Source of the DNA: a phage
NCBI GenBank assembly: GCA_011915565.1
Contig: GCA_011915565.1_3920.1
Reading direction: 5' to 3' (one strand)
Length of the DNA: 64,000 nt
In this document: in pieces, positions 1 through 13,114 of the stretch
How the letters are laid out: each line of letters begins with the position of its first letter
How positions within the stretch are numbered: position 1 is the stretch's first letter
Notes under the pieces: model-generated
Database searches by the model: none
Seen by the model: only the letters and a program-made list of their open reading frames with translations
What the model was told of the DNA's origin: nothing
Program-made: the position numbers and the translations under genes

Positions 1-2
1 AA

Positions 3-2454
<2,452 letters not shown>

Positions 2455-2455
<1 letters not shown>

Positions 2456-3924
2456 TGGCAGGATTAACTACAACAGGATTACAAACTCTAAGATATCAGG
2501 AAATTTTTGATAATATCAAATCAAGACTTCTTAGAGATATTTCACCAAACCTTGACGTTTCTGAAGATAGCCAATTAGGTCTCTTCCTAGCTTCAATTGC
2601 AAGGTCTTTAGCAGATACACATGAGATTCTATCAGAAATCTATGACGGCGGGACAATTGACAAGGCTGAAGGATTTAACCTTGATGATATTACAGCTTTG
2701 AATGCTGTATACAGATATGTTGCTCAGGCAACAAGAGGTCAAGTTGAGTTTACTGGAACTACTGGTGCTACCATTCCTTCAACAACAAGATTAAGAAGTA
2801 CTGCCGGAAACATCTTTTATCCAGTTAATAACATTACCCTTACTCCATCATATTGTGTTGAAGCTACACTTGAAGTTAACTCTTTACGAACTGATGCAGA
2901 TTATGTTATTATTATTGATAACGTCATTTTCTCATATAAACCAACCTCATTAGACACAATCACTACGCTGCTAACAAAATTAGCAGAAGCTATTAATGGT
3001 GGTATTGTAGCAAAAGCAGAAGTCATTAATGATGGAGCCGCATTAAGAGTCTATAAAGACGAAGGTGATATCATTGCAAGAACAAACCCTATGGTTGTCA
3101 CTGCAACAACGTTTCTGACCTTTACAAAGATTACAACTATTTCAGATGTAGTAGCTGAAGAGGTTGGTGCTACCCCTGCTTTGGCTGGTACGCTTATTGA
3201 GATTGAGACAACTGTTGATGGTCTTGACAGTATTTATAACAGGTATGACTTAACAACTGGTAGAAACGAAGAAACTGACACAGAACTTAGACAGAGATAT
3301 TTAGAATCCTTAGCAGTTACTGGTGTAGGGACTTTGGATGCAATTGTGGCTGCTGTTAAAAGAGTTCAAGGGGTCTCAGATGCTTCAGGTGTTGAAAATG
3401 ATACTGAAGAGACGAACTCAGAAGGTCTTCCACCAAAATCTTTTAAGATTGTCGTAGTTGGTGGTCAAAACGATAATGTTGCTCAAGCAATCTGGGATAC
3501 AAAACCTGCTGGTATTAGGGCTTATGGCTCGATTTTTGGCACAGCCTATGATTTAGGTGGTTTAGCACATAATATTTATTTTAGCAGACCAACACCAAAA
3601 TACGCATTTGTTAAGGTGTCTTACTCATTATATGACGAAGAAAGTTTGACAATCCCTGAAGAGGATATCAGAGACAGCATTGTACAAGGTATTAATGCTT
3701 ATGGAAGAACTCTTAAGGTTGGTAATGATGTTATCCCTAACAGAATCTATGGATATATCTATGACGTGATTAAAGGTATTGAGATTAATGAGGTTAAAGT
3801 AGCCTTATCAAACAGCCAATCAGTCCCACCTAGTGACGGGCAGTATACTACAGCAAGAATTACTGTTGACGGTGACCAATATACTGTTTGGGAAAGCAGC
3901 CAGTATACCATCACTAAGGAGTAA
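2455..3924 (+). CDS. baseplate J-like protein
   Basis: 489 aa ORF following the W-like gene in conserved baseplate order; overlapping start/stop. Confidence 0.5.
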
Positions 3925-3926
3925 TA

Positions 3927-4781
3927 ATGTTTGAAAAGATTGATAGTGTTTATTACAAAACACTTGATGAAAGGACTGTAACACAGTTTAAAGATAAATT
4001 TATCTATACAAGTATCTTGAAAGCAATCACTGATGAATTACAAACTCTAGAGGATGTTTGCTGGCAGATGCACACAGAGAGAAATATCAGGACGTCAGTA
4101 GGCCAACAACTTGATAACATTGGCTCACTGATTAAAGTTCCTAGACCTTTAGGTGCAGATGATGAAACATATAGGGCTATGCTTTATATTCAAATCTTCC
4201 TAAGACGCTCTGACACCACCCCAACATTCTTGCAAAAAGCAATTATGACGCTATACGGTGCAACTTTCTCTCAGATTTTTGAGCATATTACTCCTAAGAC
4301 TGGTGGTATCGTTATCCGTATCAACACTAGAAAAAGCGTTCTAGATGCTGCATATACACTATCAAAGATTTCTGCAACAACTACTGGCTCCGCTGTTATC
4401 TTAAGAGATGTTACTTTAAATGGGACTGCTTGGACACCTGTAGAGGTTGCTGATTCATCACTTGCTATTGTTGATGATAAAGAGAACTGGTTTGTAACTG
4501 ATGCTAACAGGGGTCTTGTCACAAATAACACTGGTGGCTCTCTGGAGTCCAACTTAGTAGGTAGTCTTGTAGATGCTGGTGTTATTGATGGTTACTTTAG
4601 GGTTGACAGAACAGCAAACTCACAGAGTGATGATTATATGACTGTAGATAGGTCCAATAATAGTGGCTATTTCATCGTTGGTAAAGAAGCTATTGCAGGT
4701 GGTGCATATGGAATCATGGCTGAGGTTGCACAAATTGTCAAAGGCAGAAAAGATAAATCACAACAAGAAGGAAATTCTTAA
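3927..4781 (+). CDS. baseplate/tail-fibre attachment protein (gpI-like position)
   Basis: 284 aa ORF between J-like gene and tail fibres; position-based. Confidence 0.35.
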   Translation: MFEKIDSVYYKTLDERTVTQFKDKFIYTSILKAITDELQTLEDVCWQMHTERNIRTSVGQQLDNIGSLIKVPRPLGADDETYRAMLYIQIFLRRSDTTPTFLQKAIMTLYGATFSQIFEHITPKTGGIVIRINTRKSVLDAAYTLSKISATTTGSAVILRDVTLNGTAWTPVEVADSSLAIVDDKENWFVTDANRGLVTNNTGGSLESNLVGSLVDAGVIDGYFRVDRTANSQSDDYMTVDRSNNSGYFIVGKEAIAGGAYGIMAEVAQIVKGRKDKSQQEGNS

Positions 4782-5083
4782 TGGCAGTTTTAAATTGGTC
4801 TACAAATGAAGTAGATACTGATGGTAACCAGTTAAAAGTTTTACCACCACCGGAAGTTCAAGAGACAGGTCTTTTAAAGGGTGAACCTATGGGTAGACAG
4901 TGGTTCAACTATATTATCAACTACCTGCTTAATAAAGTAAACGGCACTGTTGGTGAAGTTCGCTCATATGCAACTGAGCAACCAGATTTAGTGGCTAATG
5001 GCTGGAATCTGATTAAATCTGAGACAGGGACTGCATCAACAAGTACAGGAAACCTTTACACATATGAATATGTAGGAGCTTAA
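4781..5083 (+). CDS. hypothetical structural protein
   Basis: 100 aa ORF coupled inside the fibre operon. Confidence 0.4.
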   Translation: MAVLNWSTNEVDTDGNQLKVLPPPEVQETGLLKGEPMGRQWFNYIINYLLNKVNGTVGEVRSYATEQPDLVANGWNLIKSETGTASTSTGNLYTYEYVGA

Positions 5084-5085
5084 TA

Positions 5086-6261
5086 ATGGCAGTAGGTGAA
5101 ATTCAAATTAGTGCCTTGCCACAAGCGGACTTACCAGTTGATTTAAGTGATATCTTCCACCTTAAGCAAGGTGTTGAGGATAAAAGATGTACGCTTGAAC
5201 AGTTGTTAGCACCTCACGCATCTCTGAGGAATAATCCTCATGGTGTAACCAAATCGCAAGTGGGTCTTGATAATGTTATTAACTCTCTCCAATTAGTTGC
5301 AGCCAATAACTTGTCAGACATTGTGAATGTTGCTGAGGCAAGAGCAAATCTACAAATTATGTCGTCAGAAGAAGTGAATAACTCAATTCAGCAACATATT
5401 GACGACAAAAGTAACCCACACAATACAACGAAAGCACAGGTAGGTTTAAGTAATGTTCAGAACTGGACAACATCTAATCTGTACAATGAAGATGCTGATA
5501 AGTACGCCACCGCGAGAGCAGTGAATAATCTATACAAAGCTATTCAAGCATCATATCCAGTAGGGACTATTCATCTATCTGTTAACTCTGCCAACCCATC
5601 CACTTACTTGCTTTGTGGAGGTACTTGGGAGTTAGTTTCTAAAGGTAGAGCACTAGTTGGTTACGATACAGATTCTAGACCTGTTGGTTCAATGTTTGGT
5701 TCTCAGACTGTAGCATTAACGAATAATAATTTACCAGCACACACACACTCTATCTATCTAACAGGTGGTGGTCATACACACTCTGCAAGTGTATCTATCT
5801 CTAGTTTTGATTATGGTTCAAAGAGTACATCAACTTTTGACTACGGTACAAAAACGACTAATAGTGCTGGTGCTCATACTCACACGTTTAGTGGTACAAC
5901 AAGTAATGCTGGTAACCACAACCACAGAGTACCTATGAGGGGTAATGATATGGGCGGTACAAATGCTATTACTGCATCTGCTGATGCTGGTGTTGGTAAT
6001 GCTATGTATACTGATTTAGCTGGTGCTCACACCCATAGCTTCTCAGGCACAACTGCATCATCTGGTGCTCATAGCCATACTCTTGCAATTGGTGCTCACA
6101 GCCACACTGTTAATATTGGTTCACACAGTCATACGGGCACTGTTACTGTTTCTAGCTCTGAGCATACACACTCAGGGACATCTGGTTCTGTTGGTGGTGG
6201 TCAAGCTTTCAGTGTTGAGCAACCATCTTTTGTAGTATATGTGTGGCAGAGAACAGCTTAA
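5086..6261 (+). CDS. tail fibre protein with C-terminal HxH repeat tip
   Basis: C-terminus rich in HTHS/HSHT/HNH triplets (AHTHSFSGT, GAHSHTV), as in T4 gp37/gp12-type fibre tips; ends QAFSVEQ...VWQRTA. Confidence 0.7.
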   Translation: MAVGEIQISALPQADLPVDLSDIFHLKQGVEDKRCTLEQLLAPHASLRNNPHGVTKSQVGLDNVINSLQLVAANNLSDIVNVAEARANLQIMSSEEVNNSIQQHIDDKSNPHNTTKAQVGLSNVQNWTTSNLYNEDADKYATARAVNNLYKAIQASYPVGTIHLSVNSANPSTYLLCGGTWELVSKGRALVGYDTDSRPVGSMFGSQTVALTNNNLPAHTHSIYLTGGGHTHSASVSISSFDYGSKSTSTFDYGTKTTNSAGAHTHTFSGTTSNAGNHNHRVPMRGNDMGGTNAITASADAGVGNAMYTDLAGAHTHSFSGTTASSGAHSHTLAIGAHSHTVNIGSHSHTGTVTVSSSEHTHSGTSGSVGGGQAFSVEQPSFVVYVWQRTA

Positions 6262-6307
6262 TTTCTTTACAGGGGCTTTGTAGCCCCTTTTAAGAGGAAA
6301 ATTTATA

Positions 6308-8857
6308 ATGGCAGATTACAAATTGAGTCAATTAAACTCAATCGACACAATTCGTTCAGAAGACCTATTGCACATCAGAGTTAAGAAAAGACCTGAAATG
6401 TTGGGTGACGAAGACCGTAGAATGACCTATCAAGACTTCTTAGCTTCTTTCAAACTAGAAAGGTTTGTTCAGATTGCTGGTAGCGCTATGACGGGTGATT
6501 TAGGTATTGTCAAGTTACTTTACGGTGGCAAGGCTGTATTTGACCCTACAGGCTCTTCTGAGATTACTATTGGGGATATTTTAAAGACTTTTAAAATTAA
6601 CTCAAATGGTCTTAAACTCACTATTGCAGATGCTTCAAGGTCAGCAACTGTTTATCATACTTTGAATAAACCAAGCCCTAATGAGCTTGGCATGAGAACT
6701 AATGAAGAGAATGATGCAAGATATGCAAGGCTCGCTGTTACAAATACATTCTCTGGAACTCAGAACATTCAAGGTGATGCTAACTTACTTCGCCTTAGAA
6801 ACCAAAATGCAAATAATGCACAATATATTGAAGGTGTAAACCTAGATGGTTCGGCTAGATGGTGGGTTGGTATTGGTAGTAATGGTTCTGATGGAGTGAT
6901 GCTGTATAATAACAAATATAATTCAGCCTTGACTATTGCAAGCAACATCTCTGTGAATAAGTCTTTAGCAATCACTGGTCAAGTTCAACCTTCAGATTTC
7001 TCTAACTTAGATGCCAGATACTTCACTCAGACAGTTGCTAATCAGAGATTTGCACAGTTAGCTGGTAATAACACCTTTACAGGTGCTAACACATTTAGGA
7101 CTATGAGTGTTATCTCAAATGCTGCTGCTATCACACTGCAATGTGCATCAGCAAACGAATCCCTGTATCTACTTGCAAAAGATTATGAAGGTGGAAACTT
7201 ATGGTATCTTGGTAAAGGTAGTTCAGGTGCTGGTGTAACTATCTACAACTATACCACTAACACCTCTTTAGTCTTAGATGCTGCTGGAGTATCAGCAAAT
7301 AAAAATGTCAGAATCACTGGTCAAGTTCAACCTTCAGATTGGGCTAACATTGACTCTAGATATATTCCGGCAGCAACATTAAGTACGATTGCAAGAACTA
7401 ATGCAAGGAATACTTTTAATGGTGTACAGACAGTTGTTACGGATAATGAAGGTCTGATTGTTAAAAACTCTACTCAGAATAGACCATTATATATTCGTGG
7501 TGTGGACACTACTAATGTATCAAGATGGTGGATTGGTGTTGGTGGTGCTGATACGAATGATGTTACCCTAAATAACAGTTATTCTGGAACCCAATTGGTT
7601 CTCGGGAATACAACATCATACATTAACAAAACATTGACTATTGCTGGACAAGTTCAACCTTCAGATTTCTCTAACTTAGATGCTAGATACTTTACGCAAA
7701 GTGCTAGTGATAGTAGATACCTAAGAATCAGAAGCACTAGCTTCAATGTGGGAAACACTGATAAGTGGGCTAAAATTGCCACTGTTGTGATGCCACAATC
7801 AGCATCCACTGCTGTTATTGAGGTATTTGGTGGGTCAGGTTTTAATATTAATACACCAAACCAAGCAGGTAAATGTGAAATTGTTCTGCGAACTTCAAAT
7901 AACAATCCAAAGGGCTTAAATGTTGTTGCTTGGAGAACATCAGAGAACACCATTGTCAGGGATATTGGTTATGTGAATACTTCTGGAGACACCTATGATA
8001 TTTACTATCTTGCTGGTACGTATCAAAACAGCACAACGACAAGGGTTCAGTCTTCTAGTAATGCAAGTGTACAGTTGTTTGAAGTCCCACAGACATTTGA
8101 TGATGCTCCACAAGGTATTGTGAAGGGTACAATTGCAAAATACTACACAAGTTTGCAAAAACCAACCCCTTCAGATATTGGTGCATACACTAAAGCAGAA
8201 ACTGACCAGAAGATTGCAGAAGCAATTAGTGACTCTACAGACCTGAATAAAATCTATCCAGTAGGCATTGTGACGTGGTTTAACAGTAATGTCAACCCTA
8301 ACACAGCACTTCCTGGGTTAACTTGGACGTACCTGAACAATGGTGTTGGTAGAACTATTAGAATTGCAGCAGCAAACGGTTCAGATGTTGCTACAACTGG
8401 TGGTTCAGACTCTGTAACGTTGTCTGTTGGTAACTTGCCTTCACACACACACAGCTTCTCTGCTACTACTTCATCATTTGACTATGGTACTAAGACTTCT
8501 AGCACAACTGGTAACCATAACCACAACAGAGGTACTATGGAGATTACTGGTACAGTAGGTTACTTTAGAAGTGACTCTAGCAGCTTCTACACAGCAAGTG
8601 GTGCATTCACACTTGGTAGCTCAACTGCTTCTAAAGGCTTCACTGGTTCTAACTTTACTTATGGTGTCCCTGCTAACTTTAATGCGTCAAGAACTTGGTC
8701 TGGCGTTACTAACACAACTGGTAACCATAACCATACTGTAGGTATTGGTGCTCACAACCACACCGTTAGCGGTAACACAGGTGGTACTGGTTCTGGTTCA
8801 GCATTTAGTGTTACTAACCAGTTCTATAAGTTAATGGCTTGGGTAAGAACTGCTTAA
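6308..8857 (+). CDS. long tail fibre protein with three tandem internal domains and HxH tip
   Basis: 849 aa; three ~110 aa repeats each ending ITGQVQPSD(F/W)(S/A)N(L/I)D(A/S)RY; C-terminal NLPSHTHSFS...GNHNHTVGIGAHNHTV...AWVRTA shared with the upstream fibre gene. Confidence 0.7.
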   Translation: MADYKLSQLNSIDTIRSEDLLHIRVKKRPEMLGDEDRRMTYQDFLASFKLERFVQIAGSAMTGDLGIVKLLYGGKAVFDPTGSSEITIGDILKTFKINSNGLKLTIADASRSATVYHTLNKPSPNELGMRTNEENDARYARLAVTNTFSGTQNIQGDANLLRLRNQNANNAQYIEGVNLDGSARWWVGIGSNGSDGVMLYNNKYNSALTIASNISVNKSLAITGQVQPSDFSNLDARYFTQTVANQRFAQLAGNNTFTGANTFRTMSVISNAAAITLQCASANESLYLLAKDYEGGNLWYLGKGSSGAGVTIYNYTTNTSLVLDAAGVSANKNVRITGQVQPSDWANIDSRYIPAATLSTIARTNARNTFNGVQTVVTDNEGLIVKNSTQNRPLYIRGVDTTNVSRWWIGVGGADTNDVTLNNSYSGTQLVLGNTTSYINKTLTIAGQVQPSDFSNLDARYFTQSASDSRYLRIRSTSFNVGNTDKWAKIATVVMPQSASTAVIEVFGGSGFNINTPNQAGKCEIVLRTSNNNPKGLNVVAWRTSENTIVRDIGYVNTSGDTYDIYYLAGTYQNSTTTRVQSSSNASVQLFEVPQTFDDAPQGIVKGTIAKYYTSLQKPTPSDIGAYTKAETDQKIAEAISDSTDLNKIYPVGIVTWFNSNVNPNTALPGLTWTYLNNGVGRTIRIAAANGSDVATTGGSDSVTLSVGNLPSHTHSFSATTSSFDYGTKTSSTTGNHNHNRGTMEITGTVGYFRSDSSSFYTASGAFTLGSSTASKGFTGSNFTYGVPANFNASRTWSGVTNTTGNHNHTVGIGAHNHTVSGNTGGTGSGSAFSVTNQFYKLMAWVRTA
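6820..7700 (+). repeat. three tandem ~330 bp intragenic repeats in the long fibre gene
   Basis: Near-identical DNA blocks (a)tcactggtcaagttcaaccttcagat at about 6961, 7312 and 7632. Confidence 0.7.
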
Positions 8858-8936
8858 TCCCTTGTTGACTGATTGTTAAGATGGTGTTAATATTCTTTAT
8901 AGGTATTCTCACCATCTTGGCTGATGAGGTGATTAA

Positions 8937-9134
8937 ATGCCTACAATCCTAGCAATTCTTCTAAAAAATCTAGGTAGCTTCTTCTGGAAACTCATTTTAT
9001 CCCTTCTAAGTGAATACATGATTGAGAAAGTGTTCTTTAAGCTTGCAAGATATCTTGCGAGTAAGACAGACACACCTATTGATGATGAGTTCGTAGATAA
9101 CTTAGAAAAAGCTTTTAAGGGGGAGAATAAATGA
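8937..9134 (+). CDS. small membrane protein
   Basis: 65 aa with a hydrophobic N-terminal segment; downstream of fibre genes. Confidence 0.4.
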   Translation: MPTILAILLKNLGSFFWKLILSLLSEYMIEKVFFKLARYLASKTDTPIDDEFVDNLEKAFKGENK

Positions 9135-9502
9135 AGTGGCTAGAGGATGCTTTTAAAAATAATATTGGTGCAATTGTAGTTGGTATTTTTAGTGTTATTG
9201 GGATGTATACCACGATGCAAGTTTCAAGTGGTAAGCAAGAAGTGTCTGTCACAACGAAGTTACAGCAGCTAGATAATTATTCCAAAAGTAACTATTCAGC
9301 TATTCGTGATTTACAGTCTGACATGAGACTTATTCAGTTAGGGATGGAGAATCAGAAAGTTCAGTTAGAGAATGTTAAGGGTGAGAATGCAAAACTTACC
9401 AAAACTCTTGATAAGTTCTCTGACAGTGTAAATAATCTGGCTCAATCAGTATCAGCCCTCCAAGCTATTACTGAGAAGAACACAAAAAGTACTGAAAAAT
9501 AA
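9131..9502 (+). CDS. membrane-anchored coiled-coil protein
   Basis: N-terminal TM-like segment (IGAIVVGIFSVIGMY) then heptad-rich region; ATGA overlap with upstream ORF. Confidence 0.45.
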   Translation: MKWLEDAFKNNIGAIVVGIFSVIGMYTTMQVSSGKQEVSVTTKLQQLDNYSKSNYSAIRDLQSDMRLIQLGMENQKVQLENVKGENAKLTKTLDKFSDSVNNLAQSVSALQAITEKNTKSTEK

Positions 9503-9508
9503 AGTTTA

Positions 9509-9540
9509 AGGCTCCCGTAAAAAGGAGCCTTTTTTGTTTT
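9509..9540 (+). terminator. intrinsic terminator closing the structural operon
   Basis: aaggctcc-cgtaaaaa-ggagcctt hairpin followed by tttttgtttt. Confidence 0.7.
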
Positions 9541-10439
9541 TAATTACCTACTGATAATGGTGCTTCAATCTTTCCTGCATGTTGGTAGTTGTAAATGCCA
9601 CCAATAAAATCACTTGCAGTAAGGTGTTTTAGGTCACTTAGTGTGTTAAGTGGTACACCAATCTCAAAAGTAGGTGCATGAAACTCTTCATTGTTCATCA
9701 GTTCATAAACCTGCTTCATATGGTTCTGATAAATCTGGGTATCCCCAAAGACACCTATCAAGTACCGTGGAGTGTATCCAGTCATCTTGCAAAGAACTTC
9801 TAAGATGAAGCCATAAGACGCAATGTTAAATGGAAGCCCTAAAAAGGTGTCTACAGAACGTTGATACCATTGCAAGTCAACTTCACCTTCGTTAGTGATA
9901 TAAATCTGAAACAGAACATGACAAGGTGCTAAAGCCATTGAGTTTGCTGCGATATCTGCTGCATTCCAAGCATTAACAAGCATGTATCGGTCTGTGATAT
10001 CACCCTTCATCTTCGTTACTAAGGTCTCTAGCTGGTCTACAACACAACCGTTATGACCTTCAAAGTTTCTCCACTGAACTCCATAGATTCTCCCACCTGC
10101 ATCCTCTAACCAATCTTGTTCAGAAGAATAATTAGAGCTTAACCAACGTTTAAAATCATCTGACCAGATAGTCCAGCGTTCTCCGTCATTTTCATCCCAA
10201 GTACGGTAACGAAGTTCACCCAGCTTATTCTCACCATTCAGGAACCATAAAGCCTCCCCAATAACTTGCCGTGTAAACACCTGTTTAGATGTTAAGAGCG
10301 GGAAACCAGTTCGCATATCAAAACGAAACTGAGGTGGAGCAAATGCAGAGATAACATCTCCAGTTCGTGTAGTACGTAGTTCACCAACGGATAAAACATG
10401 GTTCAGGATATTTTTGTAACTTGTATCTGCTTGTGACAT
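9540..10439 (-). CDS. thyA: thymidylate synthase
   Basis: Motifs APCH...FQIY, DQL, GLPFNIASY typical of ThyA. Confidence 0.9.
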   Translation of the reverse strand: MSQADTSYKNILNHVLSVGELRTTRTGDVISAFAPPQFRFDMRTGFPLLTSKQVFTRQVIGEALWFLNGENKLGELRYRTWDENDGERWTIWSDDFKRWLSSNYSSEQDWLEDAGGRIYGVQWRNFEGHNGCVVDQLETLVTKMKGDITDRYMLVNAWNAADIAANSMALAPCHVLFQIYITNEGEVDLQWYQRSVDTFLGLPFNIASYGFILEVLCKMTGYTPRYLIGVFGDTQIYQNHMKQVYELMNNEEFHAPTFEIGVPLNTLSDLKHLTASDFIGGIYNYQHAGKIEAPLSVGN

Positions 10440-10440
10440 A

Positions 10441-10986
10441 TCAAAAGTGTCCTTTTACTTGTGGAACATAAATTTCAAAAGTTGCTTTACCATCCTCTGA
10501 TGGTTTTGACTGTACCTTTGTAAACACACGGTTATCATACAGCTTCTCAAAGAAGTTTTCAAAAGGTAAATGCACAGTGGCCTCTTCAGTAACTTTATGG
10601 AAAACAGTATGGAACACCACACTAGCATACGGTAAAGCATTGACAAGGATACCTGCACCACCAATTACAAAGACATCTTCATCAATAGAGCTATCAAGAT
10701 ACTTCAAAAATGCTCCAAATGACTCTTTACTGGCTTTAGCATACATTACATCATCTTTGCCAAAGTCTATGCCTAAGTATGGTACAGAATTTGTTAAGAT
10801 GAGGTTTGCACGTTCTGGTAAAGGTTTACTACCCAGAGTCTTAAAAGTCTCATTGCCCATGACTACTAAGTTATTTTTAGTGAGTCTCTTAAACTCTTGC
10901 ATGTCCTGTTTATGTCGAGGCCACGGCATACCAGTCGGTGTACCAAATTCACCGTTTTCACCACTTGCAAATATTAGCTTAATCAT
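10441..10986 (-). CDS. frd: dihydrofolate reductase
   Basis: N-terminal MIKLIFASGENGEFG...MPWP and VIGGAGI motifs; adjacent to thyA. Confidence 0.8.
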   Translation of the reverse strand: MIKLIFASGENGEFGTPTGMPWPRHKQDMQEFKRLTKNNLVVMGNETFKTLGSKPLPERANLILTNSVPYLGIDFGKDDVMYAKASKESFGAFLKYLDSSIDEDVFVIGGAGILVNALPYASVVFHTVFHKVTEEATVHLPFENFFEKLYDNRVFTKVQSKPSEDGKATFEIYVPQVKGHF

Positions 10987-11243
10987 TTTGTAAACCCTTT
11001 CTTAATGAACCAGTTGATAACATTCTTCACAGCTTTATTGCTATGGTATATTAGGTGTGGTGTAGGTTGGTATGAACCATAAGCCCAGAATGATAGCTGC
11101 TCACCACAATCAACACATGTCGTACTCTCTTCAGCTATATGACCATTAACAATCACATGAACTTCACCTTGTAAATCTGTACACCCACAATGTGGACATC
11201 GGATAGGTGTTCCATCAGACTCATAGCAGTGTTCAATTTTCAT
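10983..11243 (-). CDS. small zinc-ribbon protein
   Basis: CPHCGC...CVDCG cysteine pairs; start/stop overlap with neighbours. Confidence 0.5.
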   Translation of the reverse strand: MKIEHCYESDGTPIRCPHCGCTDLQGEVHVIVNGHIAEESTTCVDCGEQLSFWAYGSYQPTPHLIYHSNKAVKNVINWFIKKGFTK

Positions 11244-11759
11244 CTATTTAACCTCAAAAACTGGCTCAAGAACCAATATAAAATCTACACAGTCATCTTC
11301 TTCATCCAGAATACCATCAAAGTTCTTAGGAACGAAGTCGAAGAGGCTCATAACAAAACAGTCAGAAGTGACCCTGATAGTTCCTCCCATGTTCTCTACA
11401 GTTAACACTGTGCGACTTTCTTTTACCTCCCTCAGAAGATTACTCACAAAGTCATCTAAGAAGTACTTCATCAATGACTTAAAACCTTTAGGGTAGTCTG
11501 TACCAGAGTATGTTTCAATCTGAGGCACAAGCTTAACATTTATACTAGTCTTTGTTAAGAACGTGTTAGAGAACATACTATCAGGTAGCTTACAAACAGT
11601 CTTTCCAGTACCTTCATGTTCAATCTCAACAAAACCAGCTTCGTCGCCACATGTAACTATTTTAAAAGATGCTTCATTCTCATACTGTGAAGCCATAAAC
11701 TTTTTAAGCATCTCTTTAAGGAAATCTGCATGAGCATCTTGTAAGTAGACATCAATCAT
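11244..11759 (-). CDS. hypothetical protein
   Basis: 171 aa ORF, co-oriented and tightly packed. Confidence 0.45.
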   Translation of the reverse strand: MIDVYLQDAHADFLKEMLKKFMASQYENEASFKIVTCGDEAGFVEIEHEGTGKTVCKLPDSMFSNTFLTKTSINVKLVPQIETYSGTDYPKGFKSLMKYFLDDFVSNLLREVKESRTVLTVENMGGTIRVTSDCFVMSLFDFVPKNFDGILDEEDDCVDFILVLEPVFEVK

Positions 11760-11772
11760 AGTTAATCACCTA

Positions 11773-12132
11773 TTATGGGAACAGACACTTAATGTCATCG
11801 TTTTTAAAAACAAAACTTGTGTAGTTATGACCATCAACATCCAGCCAAACAGCCTGAACATCTACACCATCAAGATTGTGGTAAAGCTCTTTGATGAAGT
11901 GGTCTTTCACAATCTGGCTGCTAGTTGTTTCCAGCTTAATATTTGAGATTGCTGAACCTACAGCCATATAACCCATGACACGTTTCTTCTCAGTATGCTT
12001 AATCTTACCATCTTTGTAAGCCATAATGAGATTGGAAAGAATTTTTACACCGTAGTACTTTTCAAGGTGAGTAGGTGCACCATAAAAGCCTAATGCGAAG
12101 TTTTCAGAGTGGATAATGTTTTCACGTTTCAT
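11773..12132 (-). CDS. hypothetical protein
   Basis: 119 aa ORF in the operon. Confidence 0.45.
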   Translation of the reverse strand: MKRENIIHSENFALGFYGAPTHLEKYYGVKILSNLIMAYKDGKIKHTEKKRVMGYMAVGSAISNIKLETTSSQIVKDHFIKELYHNLDGVDVQAVWLDVDGHNYTSFVFKNDDIKCLFP

Positions 12133-12133
12133 A

Positions 12134-12433
12134 TTAATCTGCCAGCCTTAAATTAAAATTAACACCAAATTTTTCGCATACTCCCAACATATACTCAAGG
12201 GAGACATTACCAGTGAGGTGGATTATGTTGGATACACGAGCCTGAGAGATACCACAAATTTTAGCAACTTGCTCTTGAGAAAGACCTCTGGATTTAATCT
12301 CTCTCTTAAAACGATGTGCAACGAAATCTCTCATTTCGTCTACATCCATTGGACAAATATAACTCTCCATTTCAGCCTCTCTGTCAGCCTCCCAATCATC
12401 TTGTGGAGCATAAGGGTCAAAAACCTCATTCAT
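12134..12433 (-). CDS. helix-turn-helix DNA-binding protein
   Basis: LSQEQVAKICGISQARVSNI resembles an XRE-type HTH; start chosen at internal ATG (MNEVF) forming ATGAATGA overlap; track ORF extends to 12463. Confidence 0.5.
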   Translation of the reverse strand: MNEVFDPYAPQDDWEADREAEMESYICPMDVDEMRDFVAHRFKREIKSRGLSQEQVAKICGISQARVSNIIHLTGNVSLEYMLGVCEKFGVNFNLRLAD

Positions 12434-12638
12434 CTTTCTTCTTCCGTTTGCGTGAAGTGTCAATCAATGAATCTATGCTTGTAGCCCTAACCTTTTCACG
12501 TTCATCGTTAAGATAATCGTCAAGAATCTTTTCAATCTGTGAATCATCTTGACAGATAACTGTAAAGACTGTAAAGCCGTCTGTATCATCAATTATCTTA
12601 CCATAACCGCTTCTGGGATGTAACTTTTTAAGAGCCAT
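12426..12638 (-). CDS. hypothetical protein
   Basis: 70 aa ORF with basic C-terminus; coupled to downstream gene. Confidence 0.4.
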   Translation of the reverse strand: MALKKLHPRSGYGKIIDDTDGFTVFTVICQDDSQIEKILDDYLNDEREKVRATSIDSLIDTSRKRKKKDE

Positions 12639-12639
12639 A

Positions 12640-13023
12640 TCAAATACCTGTGCAGCTTCTGTTTTCTAAGAAATACTCAACACCATACATAGCTTTTTGC
12701 ATCAAATCTTCTTTAAACTGGATACGATGATTGAGCATAGCCTGTACATCAATATCATCATGGTGCTTCTCTTTGATATTTGCAGATTGTAGGAAATACT
12801 CTGCAAGAACTCGATACTGATAGTCAGTTACCTTATCAGTCATCTCTGTCAAAGACTCTTCAGAGATTGGTTTAAGTAACTCGCCATTAGCTAGAGCAAC
12901 ACCTTTTACAATCTGGCAAGTGTCTTTTGGAACACCTGATAAGTCCACATTTGGAAGTTCTGTTGCATTGACTGGTAAGTTCATTGCCATAACCATTGCA
13001 GCGGCTAATAAAATCTTTTTCAT
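12640..13023 (-). CDS. secreted protein with signal peptide
   Basis: MKKILLAAAMVMAMNLPVNA-TE signal-peptide-like N-terminus; GAGGT Shine-Dalgarno 7 nt upstream. Confidence 0.5.
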   Translation of the reverse strand: MKKILLAAAMVMAMNLPVNATELPNVDLSGVPKDTCQIVKGVALANGELLKPISEESLTEMTDKVTDYQYRVLAEYFLQSANIKEKHHDDIDVQAMLNHRIQFKEDLMQKAMYGVEYFLENRSCTGI

Positions 13024-13114
13024 AATGACCTCAAAGTTATATTAAATTTTGTATTACATTGAGTATAAAAATAAGCTATAACACCTGACTTGTCAACAGA
13101 TTTTATAGCTTATT

